From assembly GCA_965112155.1 (NCBI GenBank), contig OZ218106.1: a stretch of 64,000 bases of DNA. One strand, given 5' to 3'. Below the pieces are notes generated by a model that was not told the origin of the DNA, made no database searches, and saw only the letters and a list, made by a program, of their open reading frames with translations. The position numbers and the translations under genes were made by a program. The DNA comes from Podarcis liolepis. Lineage: Eukaryota. Numbering within the stretch: position 1 is the first letter of the stretch; each line of letters opens with the position of its first letter. This document shows positions 12,878 to 24,731 of the stretch, piece by piece.

Positions 12878-13082
12878 AAAAGGTAAAGGTAAAAGTAAAG
12901 GACCCCTGACAGCTAAGTCCTGTCACTTAGCTGAACCCCAGAATGACTCTGGGGTTGCGGTGCTCATCTCACTTTACTGGCCAAGGGAGCCAACATTTGT
13001 CCACAGACAGTTTTTCTGGGTCATGTGGCCAGCATGACGAAAACCGCTTCTGGTGAAACCAGAGCAGCACACAGAAACACAC
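12878..13082 (-). mobile_element. 5'-truncated Sauria SINE
   Basis: (ACCTTT)n tail and body similar to 2610-2800. Confidence 0.88.
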
Positions 13083-16000
13083 CTACTGTATCAAGCAAAA
13101 TAGGTGGCTATAGACTTGGCTTAAATCGTGCAGCTGTTTAAACTTTTCATTCTGAAAAGCTGTGTTCTGAAGAGGTGGCAAATAGCTATGCACTTATAAT
13201 ATCCTACCACTTTTGAAATGGGGGAAAACCCACACATTTTGGATTATGAAATTTATAATTGAAAAACCTTGTTCCCTTGCAACCACAATTTTTTCAGAAA
13301 GAGCTACCAGCTTCTTACGCTCATCTTGACTGGTCTGATTGCAATCTTTTCTATTTGTGTTATGAATTATACTGTAGTGTCAAAACAGAATATAGTCTAA
13401 TTTTTCACACTATTTTTATCGTACTTCTGTCCAGATCCTCATCCAAGGAGCTCCGGGAAGCTAACATAGGCCTTTTTGCTTTTTTGGGTGTTATTACGGT
13501 ATTTCACAGCACCCTCTCACAGAACTTGGGATCATCCGGTCAAACTGATTGACACTAGTCTTGGTAGGACACACAAAAAAGAAGATGCTTTTTTTTATAC
13601 AACACATAATTAATTTACAGAATTACATGCTACAAGATGTGACTACGTCTTAGGTAGCTTTAAAATGTCTAGACCAATTTATGGAGGACAGGACTATTGA
13701 TGGGGCTTCACTGCACTATCATTGCTGCTAAGCCACCCTTCTAAAACTCTGATAGATTTTTTTAATCCATTTTTTAGATATGTTTCAAGAAGAGTCCTTT
13801 GGGATCAGGCCAAAGGCCCAGCAAATGTTTTCACAATGGCCAGGCAGATGCCCATGGCAAGCTTGCAAGCAGGTGCTCAGTGAAGCAGCATTTCTCTTCC
13901 TTGTGCTTGCCAGAAACTGGTATTCAGACATATGTTGCCTCTGACAGTGGAGGCAGTACATAGGCATCATGGTTACTTTTTGATGACTGTGAGACTCTTA
14001 TTTCCATGGAAAATTGTTGACTAATAGCAGTGATGTCACTTGCAAGATTTGGGGACCTAGAACACTTGAATAAGGATTTACAAATATTTCTGTACTGCAT
14101 GTTACTGGTAAATCTCCAAGTTAAGTGTTACTGATTGATTTTTATTATTATTTACATTCAAAAAAGGTGCTAATTATGTATTTCCTGTGGAGCCAATTAA
14201 AGGTGCTACATACATTTAGTCATATCCCCAGACAGTGCCAGCCCTGAATTTCAAAAAGTGTGTGCAATTTGCCTTTAGTGATAGCAGTGCTGGATATGGG
14301 GCGGTGCAGGCAGTCCCCTCCTCCCAGTGTGCTGAGTCAAGGGGGCACAAGACTATGACATAGCACATTTTGAGAGCATGTTCAGAATAAAAGGTGAGAT
14401 TGGGGAGGGACCAACTTTTGTCCTCGCTCAGGGCATTGTATTACCAAAGTCCACCCCTGGTGACGGCATTGTTCAGCTCTCCTTATTCTATTATTCATAA
14501 TCAATCCAGAGGGCATTTTACTATGGCCCTTCTCTTTACAGCATAGCAGGATACTAAAAATTGTTTTGTCAGCTGGGGGTCGGATGCAGAGGGCAGTCTT
14601 CTTTCTTCTCTCTGCTCTGTGTCCAGCCTTGCCTTTCTGGGCTTTCGAGAAAGGAATTCTCTATGTCCTCCACCTTCTGGGCTCTGAAACAGTTGGCTGG
14701 AGGACTGACAGCCACCCCACCCCTCTCCCTTATTTTGCGAGACACCCGAGCTCCTCAGAATGGAAGAAGCACCCACGTTGTGCAGGCAACAGAATGACCT
14801 CTTACCTTGCCACTTCTTCCCTTTGCTGCGGGTGAATTGTTGATGCTGTCAGGCAGGCACTGTTCTTCTCAGGGCATAGTGTGTACAGGGCTGACTTCCA
14901 TGGCCTTGGCATGCTGTGGGAATGCTGCTGCCAAGCAGATGCCTGGCAAATTGCCATTACTTGCTTCTTCTGGGGGAAAAAATGACAATGGAACAAATTA
15001 AGAAGGAAGCCTATTCTGCTCATTTTAACTTGCCCCTGTGCGGTGACTTTGACTGTGCAGTGACCATAGTGGTGAACTTGGGTACTAATAGCACCCTGTG
15101 CAAGACCAAAATTCCACCACCTCCCAGCTCTTGTGCTGCAACCAAGGCACCGACTTTAGCAAGGAGGCACTGCCTTCTCAAAGGCGGGTAAGAAAAACAC
15201 TAGGGAAGAAGACAGGAGAGCCTCATGCCTCCTTTTGAAAGCCCAGCACCTTGGCTCAGTGCCCAGTGTGTTTGCACCACTCTCCCAGCCCTAAATCCAC
15301 CCCCACAATACATCAGTTATACAACTTGTAAGTATTATTTTATCTCAATTCTGTATTCAGTCAAATAACATAATTAACAGATTTTCTTTTCAATATTCTT
15401 TATTTTATTTTCAGATGGTTGATATATTAACCAGCAGCAATCCTATCACTTAGGATGGCTAACAACACTTAAAAGGAACAAAAGGGGCAGAGCACAGATT
15501 TATTTTTCAAAACGTTTCAAATATCTCTTCCCTTTCATCCCTGCATTTAGTACTTTCCTTTCTTCCCTGAAAAGCCAATTCTGTTTTTTCAAATATGTGT
15601 GTGTGTCTATGTGTGTTGTGTACACACTGAATGTTAAATTAAGACTATAGCTGTTTCATGACAGTGATTAAAAGTCCATTCCAGTGCAAAAGTCCTTTAA
15701 AGTTAGACTTTAAATATTATCCGGGGCTGGACATTCTAAGCTACCAGTTCTGGCAGTAGATGCAGCAGGGTCGAGTGGTCGCAAGTTGTTGGAAGACAGA
15801 AAACCCGATTGCCATTTGCTCTGATTAAGTGATAAAATGTGGGTTTATCTAGAGAAAGTGACAGAAGGGAAAAAAATGGTCAGACATGAACCTGGAAATC
15901 ATAGACCTGTTCCTAGAAACTCAACACAAAAAGAAGTATAGATCAGACGTCTTGCAAGGACACTTTTATTTTCAGAACCTGCTGAAGACATTCTTATTTA

Positions 16001-16491
16001 GACAGACCTACCCAGATGTTTAGAAAGTATGCATGAATTTTAATTTCTTTTAGCCTGTTCTATTGTGGTTTTCACTTTCAGTATGTTTTAAATTATGGTT
16101 GTAAAGTTTTAGTGATACCTTTCTTGTTTTATCTTTTTTGTAAACCACTTTGAGCCTTTTCCCCCACAATCAAGTGGTATATAAATTTTATGAAATGAAT
16201 GAATAAATGAAACGCTATAGCCAAGATGGCTGGTGGCTGTGGAATGATGAAATAAAGAGAAATGCTTCTAGCCTGTAACACTATAGTCAATGACATTAGT
16301 TAGTAGCAAGTTCATGACTCACACAATAAAGTGCTATCATGTAACATAACATTTGGAATTAATAACCACAAGAGGTGGTAATAGCCTTTAGCTCCTGTGG
16401 CTTTTAAAAGGTTAGAGAAATTCATAACACAGAGTCATATCAAGCGACAGCTATGTGACCTCTATATTCAGACATATTATCCCTCTGATTA

Positions 16492-18752
16492 CACTGGTCA
16501 ACAACAAATTTGTTGTCTGCATTTTTTCTGTTGATTTAGGACGAATCTGATGCGCTGAATCCAAAAATCACATTGGTTTTGCTCAATCAGGTCAAGTTTT
16601 TGAGCTATGGCCACATGTCGTTTTTTACGTTTTTGTTCACATGTACGCTTGTGTGGAGCATTTTAGAAGAAGTTGGTGGGGGTAAAATGCCATGTCGAAT
16701 AATTGTTTTGATTGGAAATGATTATTTTAATGACAAGAAGTATTTAGGTCCGATAGTTCTGGGTGATTATGTCAAAAAGGGATCAGTTTGAAGTCATAAA
16801 ACCTCGAAATCTTCCATAAATTGGTGCGGCAAAGCATAAAGTTATTTTGGTATTAAACTTGGTGACCAGGATAAAGCTTGGGCACCACACATGGTGTGCA
16901 AGGCATGCACCGAGACTCTACGTGGGTGGACCAATGGCAAGAGGAGTCTGAACTTTGGAATTCCCATGGTTTGGAGGGAGCCGACAAACCATGTCACTGA
17001 CTGCTACTTCTGCGCTGTTGATGTGACTGGGATCAACAGAAAGAACCAGAGCAGCCTCAAGTATCCTGATCTTCAATCAGCACGTCATCCTGTAGCTCAT
17101 TGTGATGAAATTCCAGTGCCTATCTTAGGAGAACTTCCTGACATTAGTGACGAAGATGCCTCCAGTGTTGAAGGACATGAAGAAGAAGAAGTGGTTCTTG
17201 AAGATGATGCTCCACATCCATTTTCCCAAAAGGAGTTGAATGATCTAGTTCGCGACCTCAGCTTGTCAAAGGACTCTGCCACACTGTTGGCATCCAGATT
17301 GAAGGAAAAAACCTCCTCTCTGACAGTGCTCGCATCAGCTTTTTCCGCAACAGGCATCAAGAGTACCTCCGTTTTTTCTCGGAAGAGAAGGACCTGGTGT
17401 ACTGTGCAGATATTGCACAGCTTCTGCTCAAGCTTGGAGTGCCACAGTATGAACCCAAAGATTGGAGACTGTTCACTGACAGCAGCAAGCGATCACTGAA
17501 ATGTGTTCTGCTACACAATGGCAACCAGTTTGCCTCTATACCCCTGGCTCACTCGAGTACACTGAAGGAGAACTATGAAGCGGTGAAGTATGTGTTGGAG
17601 AAAATTGGTTATGATCAGCGTAAGTGGTTTATTTGTGTTGACCTGAAGATGGTGAACTTTTTGTTGGGACAACAGTCTGGCTTCACCAAGTACCCATGTT
17701 TTCTGTGCATGTGGGATAGTAGGGACCGTGCTCAGCATTACACGAAGAAGGACTGGCCTGTGCGGGAGGAATTGGTGTCTTGCAGAGAAAGGAACGTCAT
17801 CAACGACCCTCTGGTGGACAGAGACAGAATATTCTTCCCACCACTGCACATCAAGCTCGGCTTAATCAAGCAGTTCACCTAGGCTCTGGACAAGGATGGT
17901 GACTGCTTCACTTACTTGTGCCAGGCTTTTCCAGGATTGACCATGGAGAAGTTGAAAGCTGGCATCTTTGACGGTCCTCAGATCCATCAGCTCATCAGAG
18001 ATCCAGAGTTCGGAAACTCAGTGAACGAAGTGGAACTGGAAGCGTGGAAGGCATTTGTTCTGGTAGTAAAAAACTTTCTTGGCGGTCAATAAGGCCAGAA
18101 ACTACGCAGAACTTGACAACAGCATGCTGACTGCTTTCAGAAACCTGGGCTGCAACATGAGTGTCAAGATGCACTACGTATTTTCACATATGGACCGGTT
18201 TCCTGAGAACCTGGGTTCAATGAGTGACGAGCAGGGGGAGAGATTCCATCAGGACATGAAAGAGATGGAGACCAGGTATCAGGGTCGCTGGGACGCAGTT
18301 ATGATGGCTGACTACTGTTGGACTCTGAAGAGAGACCTCCCTGCCGTCGAGCATTCCAGGAGTTCCAAGAAACGGAGGTTCAAGCCCTGAAGTTTGAAAA
18401 ATGGTGAAGCAACATGCAATTTACGTGTACTTACCTTTATCAATGCCCACCATTCAGTTTACAGTAATCGATGTTTCTATCAGGTAATCAATATATGTTG
18501 TTGGAAAAACATTTTTTTCCTCTTAAAAACATATTTAGGATGATATGTGTTGACAAAAATCAGCTGATAATGCCACAAAAAATGTAATCGATTTTGTCAC
18601 AAGATCTGATTTTTTTCAAATCAACATAACACAAAAACCTGACCTGATGGAGAGAAAGGGATGCCATTTCCTGATTCAGCAGTGCAAAAATACACTAAAT
18701 CAGTTGTAGAAATCTAAACAACATTCAAAAAGTAAAAAATTGTTACCCAGTG
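16492..18752 (+). mobile_element. Chapaev3-type (CMC superfamily) DNA transposon, internally deleted and disabled
   Basis: Ends CACTGG...CCAGTG with long imperfect inverted similarity (gctgaatc, atcaggtca.gtttttg on both ends). 3-bp TSD TTA (16489-16491, 18753-18755). Encodes a transposase remnant. Confidence 0.88.
16852..18390 (+). pseudogene. Chapaev3 transposase pseudogene
   Basis: Motifs YFGIKLGDQDKAWAPH, PMVWREPTNHVTDCYFC, WRLFTDSSKRSLKCVLLHNGN, DLKMVNFLLGQQSGFTKYPCFLC, PPLHIKLGL, SDEQGERFHQD, split over ORFs 16891-17499, 17397-17882 and 18079-18390. Frameshift near 17310, stop at 17880, a further frameshift near 18080. The N-terminal part appears deleted. Confidence 0.88.
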
Positions 18753-18889
18753 TTATTTGAGTTTGGGGGAAAGTATCAAGAGATTTCAATCTCTGTTTTG
18801 CTTTGTTTATGAGCTTCCCAAGTGCCATGTGGTTGGCCAGTGATGATGGAAGAAAGCTGATGAACTAGATCACATCTTACAGTGGAAAA

Positions 18890-18970
18890 TTTTGCATGCT
18901 TACTCAGAAACAAGCCCTGCTATGTTCGGTGGGGCTTACTCTTAGGTAAATGTGTATAGGATTGCAGCCT
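18890..18970. mobile_element. Short palindromic repeat family (about 80 bp, ancient MITE-like)
   Basis: Pattern catg.ttactcagaa.taag...cttact...gtaaa...tataggattgc. Diverged copies near 11285-11365, 33070-33155, 35365-35430, 51835-51910, 58100-58148 and 59380-59460. Confidence 0.55.
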
Positions 18971-20733
18971 TTGTCTGATCCAGCATAGACAATTCTTATG
19001 ATCCTATTGAGTCAATTAAGGTCCAGCAGCCATGTGTGACCCAGTAGTTGCTATTTTCAATTTACTATGACATTTTCCTGGGGGAAAAAATTAATTACTG
19101 GAAATCATTTTTTAACCATGTTCTAGAGATGAATTGCAGAATGCAGAATTTCTACTGAGCAACTTAAAAACAGGAATTTGTAATGGAAGCGCCAACATGA
19201 CATTAACTACAACTGTACAAGTTGCAGTAATGAAGGGTTTGATAATGTGCCCGATAATGACTTAACTATTTTTTTTTTTGTTTGCAGCAGGAATAAGAGT
19301 GAGACTCATTTAACTCCTGTAACCATACATTACCACACACATTTATTCAGCTGTTAAAGTTCACTTACAATTGTGTTAGCCTTCTGCAATAAAGTATGTT
19401 TCTATTCCAAGGTTATAATGGACTTGCTAATGGGGTATTGACTACAGTTTCTTATCATCCATCTTCCGATGGCAAGGTGTTCATTACTGTTCACTTAATA
19501 ATTCCCAGTTTTCTTCACATCCACATAAAATTGCTTTTATTATGAATCCATTCAAGTCTCACTCCCCAGTAGTCACAGCAGCAGTCAGTGTTTAATGAAG
19601 TTGGGTTTCAGTGTATCGCTCAAAACAGTAATTTCACATGCTTCCAAGCTCCGAGGCTGTGTTTTCTTCCCCTTTTGCTTTTGACAAACATGTGCACATA
19701 ATGATGCCTTTAAAACAGGGTGAAATTTGTGCACTGTCATTTCGGTTGATGTGGAAGTTAAACATAAAACTGACTTTGTAAAAGGGCTTGTCACAGGCTT
19801 GCTGTGCTAACCGCACTGTGTAGGCGGAGGGACGGAGTAGGTCTTCAGACGCTTTAAGCATGGGTATCACTGGCAATTACCCAGGGTTAGCAATAAACAG
19901 AGTGTTTATCTGAGAAATGGTGAAAACAAACACACCATTTCCAGTTGGACAATTTCTTTACAAAATATACAATAAAATGAAATATGAGATGAATGTGATT
20001 ACAACTAGTAATCTCCTAAACCAATTCCTCCCCACTGAATTCCATCCTCTTCTTCTTCTAAACTATTAATTTACAAAATCCCCATACAGAAAGATTTGCA
20101 TTCCCAGAGCCATAAATGTCTGGGACCCAAGTCCCTGTATCTGTTGCCTGAGGCATCTGCCTCACTCTGTCTAACATTAGAGCCAGCTCTGATTGTAGTC
20201 ATTCAGGTTTTAATTATTTTTTGTCTATTTATATTTTATTAGGATTAGGATTATTTACTGATTTGTATACTGGTTTTAAACTGTAAGTAGTGTGCAAATT
20301 AGTTTTGCACTTTTGTACAGTGTCCTGAAATCTCTTGATGAAGGGCAAGTGACAAATAAAAAATAAAAAACGAAGTGAGATTGTAATTGGGACACATTGT
20401 CCCACTGTTTCCCCTTTAGATTAACAACATTAAAAATATGCTTTAGCGGAGGTACCCTTGATTTTAATAGGAGAACATTTAAACAGGTGCCTAATTCCTC
20501 CATTAAAATAAATGGGGCCTAGAGCGTCATTTACTTTGGCTGGGTCATGCCCAACCATTGCAAAATAATTAGATAGGTGTGCACACATTAGAGGAAAGAG
20601 ATGGGAAGTTTCAACATCATTATTCTATAAACTTTAAAGGAAACACACTTGGGTCATAGAATCATAGAATCATAGAGTTGGAATAGACCACAAGGGCCAT
20701 CGAGTCCAACCCCCTGCCAAGCAGGAAACACCA

Positions 20734-23646
20734 TCAGAGCACTCCTGACATATGGTTGTCAAGCCTCTGCTTAAAGACCTCCAAAAAAGGAGACTCCACC
20801 ACACTCCTTGGCAGCAAATTCCACTGTTGAACAGCTCTTACTGTCAGGAAGTTCTTCCTAATGTTTAGGTGGAATCTTCTTTCTTGTAGTTTGGATCCAT
20901 TGCTCCGTGTCCGCTTCTCTGGAGCAGCAGAAAACAACCTTTCTCCCTCCTCTATGTGACATCCTTTTATATATTTGAACATGGCTATCATATCACCCCT
21001 TAACCTCTTCTCCAGGCTAAACATGCCCAGCTCCCTTAGCCGTTCCTCATAAGGCATCGTTTCCAGGCCTTTGACCATTTTGGTTGCCCTCCTCTGGACA
21101 CGTTCCAGTTTGTCAGTGTCCTTCTTGAACTGTGGTGCCCAGAACTGGACACAGTACTCCAGGTGAGGTCTGACCAGAGCAGAATACAGTGGCACTATTA
21201 CTTCCCTTGATCTAGATGCTATACTCCTATTGATGCATCCCAGAATTGCATTGGCTTTTTTAGCTGCCGCGTCACACTGTTGGCTCATGTCAAGTTTGTG
21301 GTCAACCAAGACTCCTAGATTCTTTTCACATGTACTGCTCTCAAGCCAGGTGTCACCCATCTTGTATTTGTGCCTCTCATTTTTTTTGCCCAAGTGCAAT
21401 ACTTTACATTTCTCCCTGTTAAAGTTCATCTTGTTTGTTTTTGCCCAGTTCTCTAATCTGTCAAGGTCGTTTTGAAGTGTCCTCTGGGGTGTTAGCCACC
21501 CCTCCCAGTTTGGTGTCATCTGCAAATTTGATCAGGATGCCCTTGAGTCCATCATCCAAGTCATTGATAAAGATGTTGAATAAGACCGGGCCCAAGACAG
21601 AACCCTGTGGCACCCCACTAGTCACTCTTCTCCAGGATGAAGAGGAACCATTGATGAGCACCCTTTGGGTTTGGTCAGTCAGCCAGTTACAAATCCACTG
21701 AGTGGTAGCATAGTCAAGACCGCATTTTACCAGCTTCTTTACAAGAATATCATGGGGCACCTTGTCGAATGCCTTGCTTGAAATCAAGGTAGGCTACATC
21801 CACTGCATTCCCTTCATCTACCAGGCTTGTAATTCTGTCAAAAAACGAGATCAGGTTAGTCTGACATGACTTATTTTTCAGAAATCCATGCTGACTATTG
21901 GTGATCACAGCATTCCTTTCTAGGTGTTCACAGACTGTTTGCTTAATGATCTGCTCCAGAATCTTCCCTGGTATTGATGTCAGACTGACTGGGCGATAAT
22001 TATTTGGGTCCTCTCTTTTCCCCCTTTTGAAAATAGGGACAACATTTGCCCTCCTCCAGTCTTCCGGGACTTTGCCTGTTCTCCAGGAATTCTCAAAGAT
22101 GACTGCCAGTGGTTCTGAGATCACACCTGCCAGTTCTTTTAATGCTCTTGGATGCAGTTCGTCTGGCCCTGGAGACTTGAATACATCTAAACTAGCCAAG
22201 TATTCTTGTACTATCTCCTTAGTTATTCTGGGCTGTGTTTCCTTTGCTGAATCATTTGCTCCAAATTCTTCAGGTCGGGCATTGTTTTCTTTATCGGAGA
22301 AGACTGGGGCAAAGAAGGCATTGAGGAGTTCAGCCCTTTCTGTGTCCCCTGTTTGCATTTCACCATCTTCTCCTCTGAGTCACCCCACTGTTTCTTTGCT
22401 CTTCCTTTTGCTACGGACATACCCATAAAAGCCTTTTTTTGTTGCTTTTAACCTCTCTAGCAAGCCTGAGTTCATTCTGTGCTTTAGCTTTTCTGACTTT
22501 GTGTCTACATGTGCTGGCTATTTGTTTGAATTCCTCTTTGGTGGTTTCCCCCCTTTTCCATTTTTTGTACACATCCTTTTTAAATCTTAACTCAGTTAAA
22601 AGTTCTTTAGATAGCCACCCTGGCTTCTTTAGGCACCTTCCATGTTTCCGTCTCATTGGTATTGCCTGAAGTTGTGCTTTTAGTATCTCCCTCTTAACAA
22701 ACTCCCAGCCATCATGAACTCCCTTTCCCTTTAGTATTACTGTCCATGGGATCTCACCCAGTACTTCCATAAGTTTTATGAAGTCGGCTTTCTTAAAGTC
22801 AAGAAATTGAGTCCTAGTATGCTTGGCTGCTCCTTTCCGCTGTATAGTAAACTTCAGAAGAGCATGATCACTCGCGCCTAATGATGCTTTCACTTCTACC
22901 CCACTAACCAGGTCATCAACATTGGTTAGGACCAGATCTAAAATGGCTGTTCCTCTTGTTGCTTCTCCCACTTTCTGGACAATGAAGTTGTCTGCATGGC
23001 CAGTGAGGAATCTGTTTGACCTTATGCTCTTGGCTGAGTTTGACATCCAACAAATATCCGGGTAATTGAAGTCCCCCATTACTACTATCTCCCTTCCTTT
23101 TGCATGCTTGGCCATCTGTTCCAGGAAGGCATCATCTATGTCCTCCGTTTGGCTTGGGGATCTATAGTAAACTCCCACAATGAGGTCTCTGTTATTCTTC
23201 TCTCCCTTAATTTTGACCCAAATGCTCTCACTTTGGCTTTGAGGTTCTAAATCTTGGATCTCTTCACAGGTATACACATCCCTGACATATAACGCCACTC
23301 CTCCTCCTTTCTTGTCTGGTCTGTTTCTCTGAAATAGATTGTATCCCTCCATTATTACATTCCAATCGTGGGACTTATCCCACCAGGTTTCAGTGATTCC
23401 TATTATGTCATATTTAGTTTGCTGTACCAAGAGCTCAAGCTCATCTTGTTTATTTCCCATGCTTTGCGCATTAGTGTACAGACATTGAAGTCCATTAATC
23501 ATTCCCCCGTGTCTCTTATTTAAGGATTTTTTCCTCCCACCACTAGGTCTGCGTGCTGTTTGCTCCATTTGGTCTATGACATTTGGATGATCATTTTCAT
23601 CAATTGATAGACTCCTACCTTCAGGAGCACTGTCTCCCTCCCCCAC
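20734..23646 (-). pseudogene. CR1 ORF2 (APE endonuclease plus reverse transcriptase), about 3 frameshifts
   Basis: APE motifs LYTNAQS, GITETWW, MGDFN, SDH. RT motifs [22 protein letters not shown]. Four consecutive ORF pieces. Confidence 0.95.
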
Positions 23647-23651
23647 ATTAG

Positions 23652-24731
23652 TCAGTTTAAAGCCCTCCTGATGAGGTTTCTGAGATTTTTGGCAAAAACA
23701 TTCCTCCCAACTGTTGTGAGGTGCAGCCCATCGCTTGCCAGAAGTCCATCTTCAAGAAACTTGTCCGTGATCTAAGAATCCAAACCGTTCCTGTTTACAC
23801 CATTTGCGAAGCCAGCTGTTCACTTCCACTATTTCCCCCTCACTCCCTGGGCCACGTCGTTCAACTGGGAGGACAGATGAGATGACAATTTGTGCATTTA
23901 ATTGCTTCAATTTCCTGCCCAGAGCCTCGTAGTCTCTTTTGATCTTCTGGAGGTATTGCTTGCAGTGTCATTGGTTCCCACATGAACCAAGAGGAAGGGG
24001 TATTTGTCAGTGGGTTTTATGATTCCTTGCAGTCGTTCAGTTACATCTTGGATCTTAGCCCCGGGGAGACAGCACACCTCCCGAGACATCTTGTCAGGCC
24101 CACAGATCACTGTTTCTGTTCCCCTCAGTAGGGAATCCCCTATCACCACTACACACCTCCTCTTAGGTTTGGTCGGGGTTCTTCCGTGAGCTGTCCGTTC
24201 CAAGGTCGCCTGCACATTCCCTGAGGACTGACTTTGCTGCTCATCTTCATATACCTGATCGACTGAAATGAGGGAGAGATCCTCAAATGGAGTCTGCTCT
24301 TCATCTTCCATGCTAGGGGAGGGGAACTCAAAGCGATTGTGTATTTCTAAACAATCAGAGCGAACCCTGGGCCTCCTACTTCTTTGAGTCACGTTTCTCC
24401 ATATATCTGGCACCTGTGTTGGTGAACTAGCCTCCTTCTCAGGGGTGTCCCCTATCTCCTCCTTGGTGGAGACGGTGTTCTTTGTTGCTTCCAAGAAGAG
24501 CTCCAGCTCTCTAATTCTTTGGAGCGTAGCTACACGTTCCTCCAGTTGCTGGACTTTGTCTTCTAAGAGGGCAATCAACATACAATTGCTGCAGGTAAAG
24601 CTGCCTGCAACCTTTGGCAAGATGGCAAACATTGCGCAGGAACCACAGGCGACTGCAGCTGTTCCCTCACCCTCCATCTTGAGAACGTGTCGTTGGGGGT
24701 GGCTACAGTGGTCCTCCATCTTAAAAAGCAT
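23652..24731 (-). pseudogene. CR1 ORF1 (zinc finger/leucine zipper plus SGNH esterase), frameshifted near 23950
   Basis: CGSC...CSNC, coiled coil LEDKVQQLEERVATL, GDSL and GTND motifs. The shifted frame continues to DGLHLT...LIRRALN stop. Confidence 0.9.

Noticed and set aside
14806-14969. Minus-strand exon with strong-looking acceptor and GTAAGA donor
   Set aside because: 164 nt, the single open frame gives an unrecognisable peptide, it lies in a region resembling old repeat DNA, and it has no partner exons.
16891-18390. Domesticated or intact transposase gene
   Set aside because: Frameshifts, an in-frame stop and a missing N-terminus, and it is still bounded by TIRs and a TSD.
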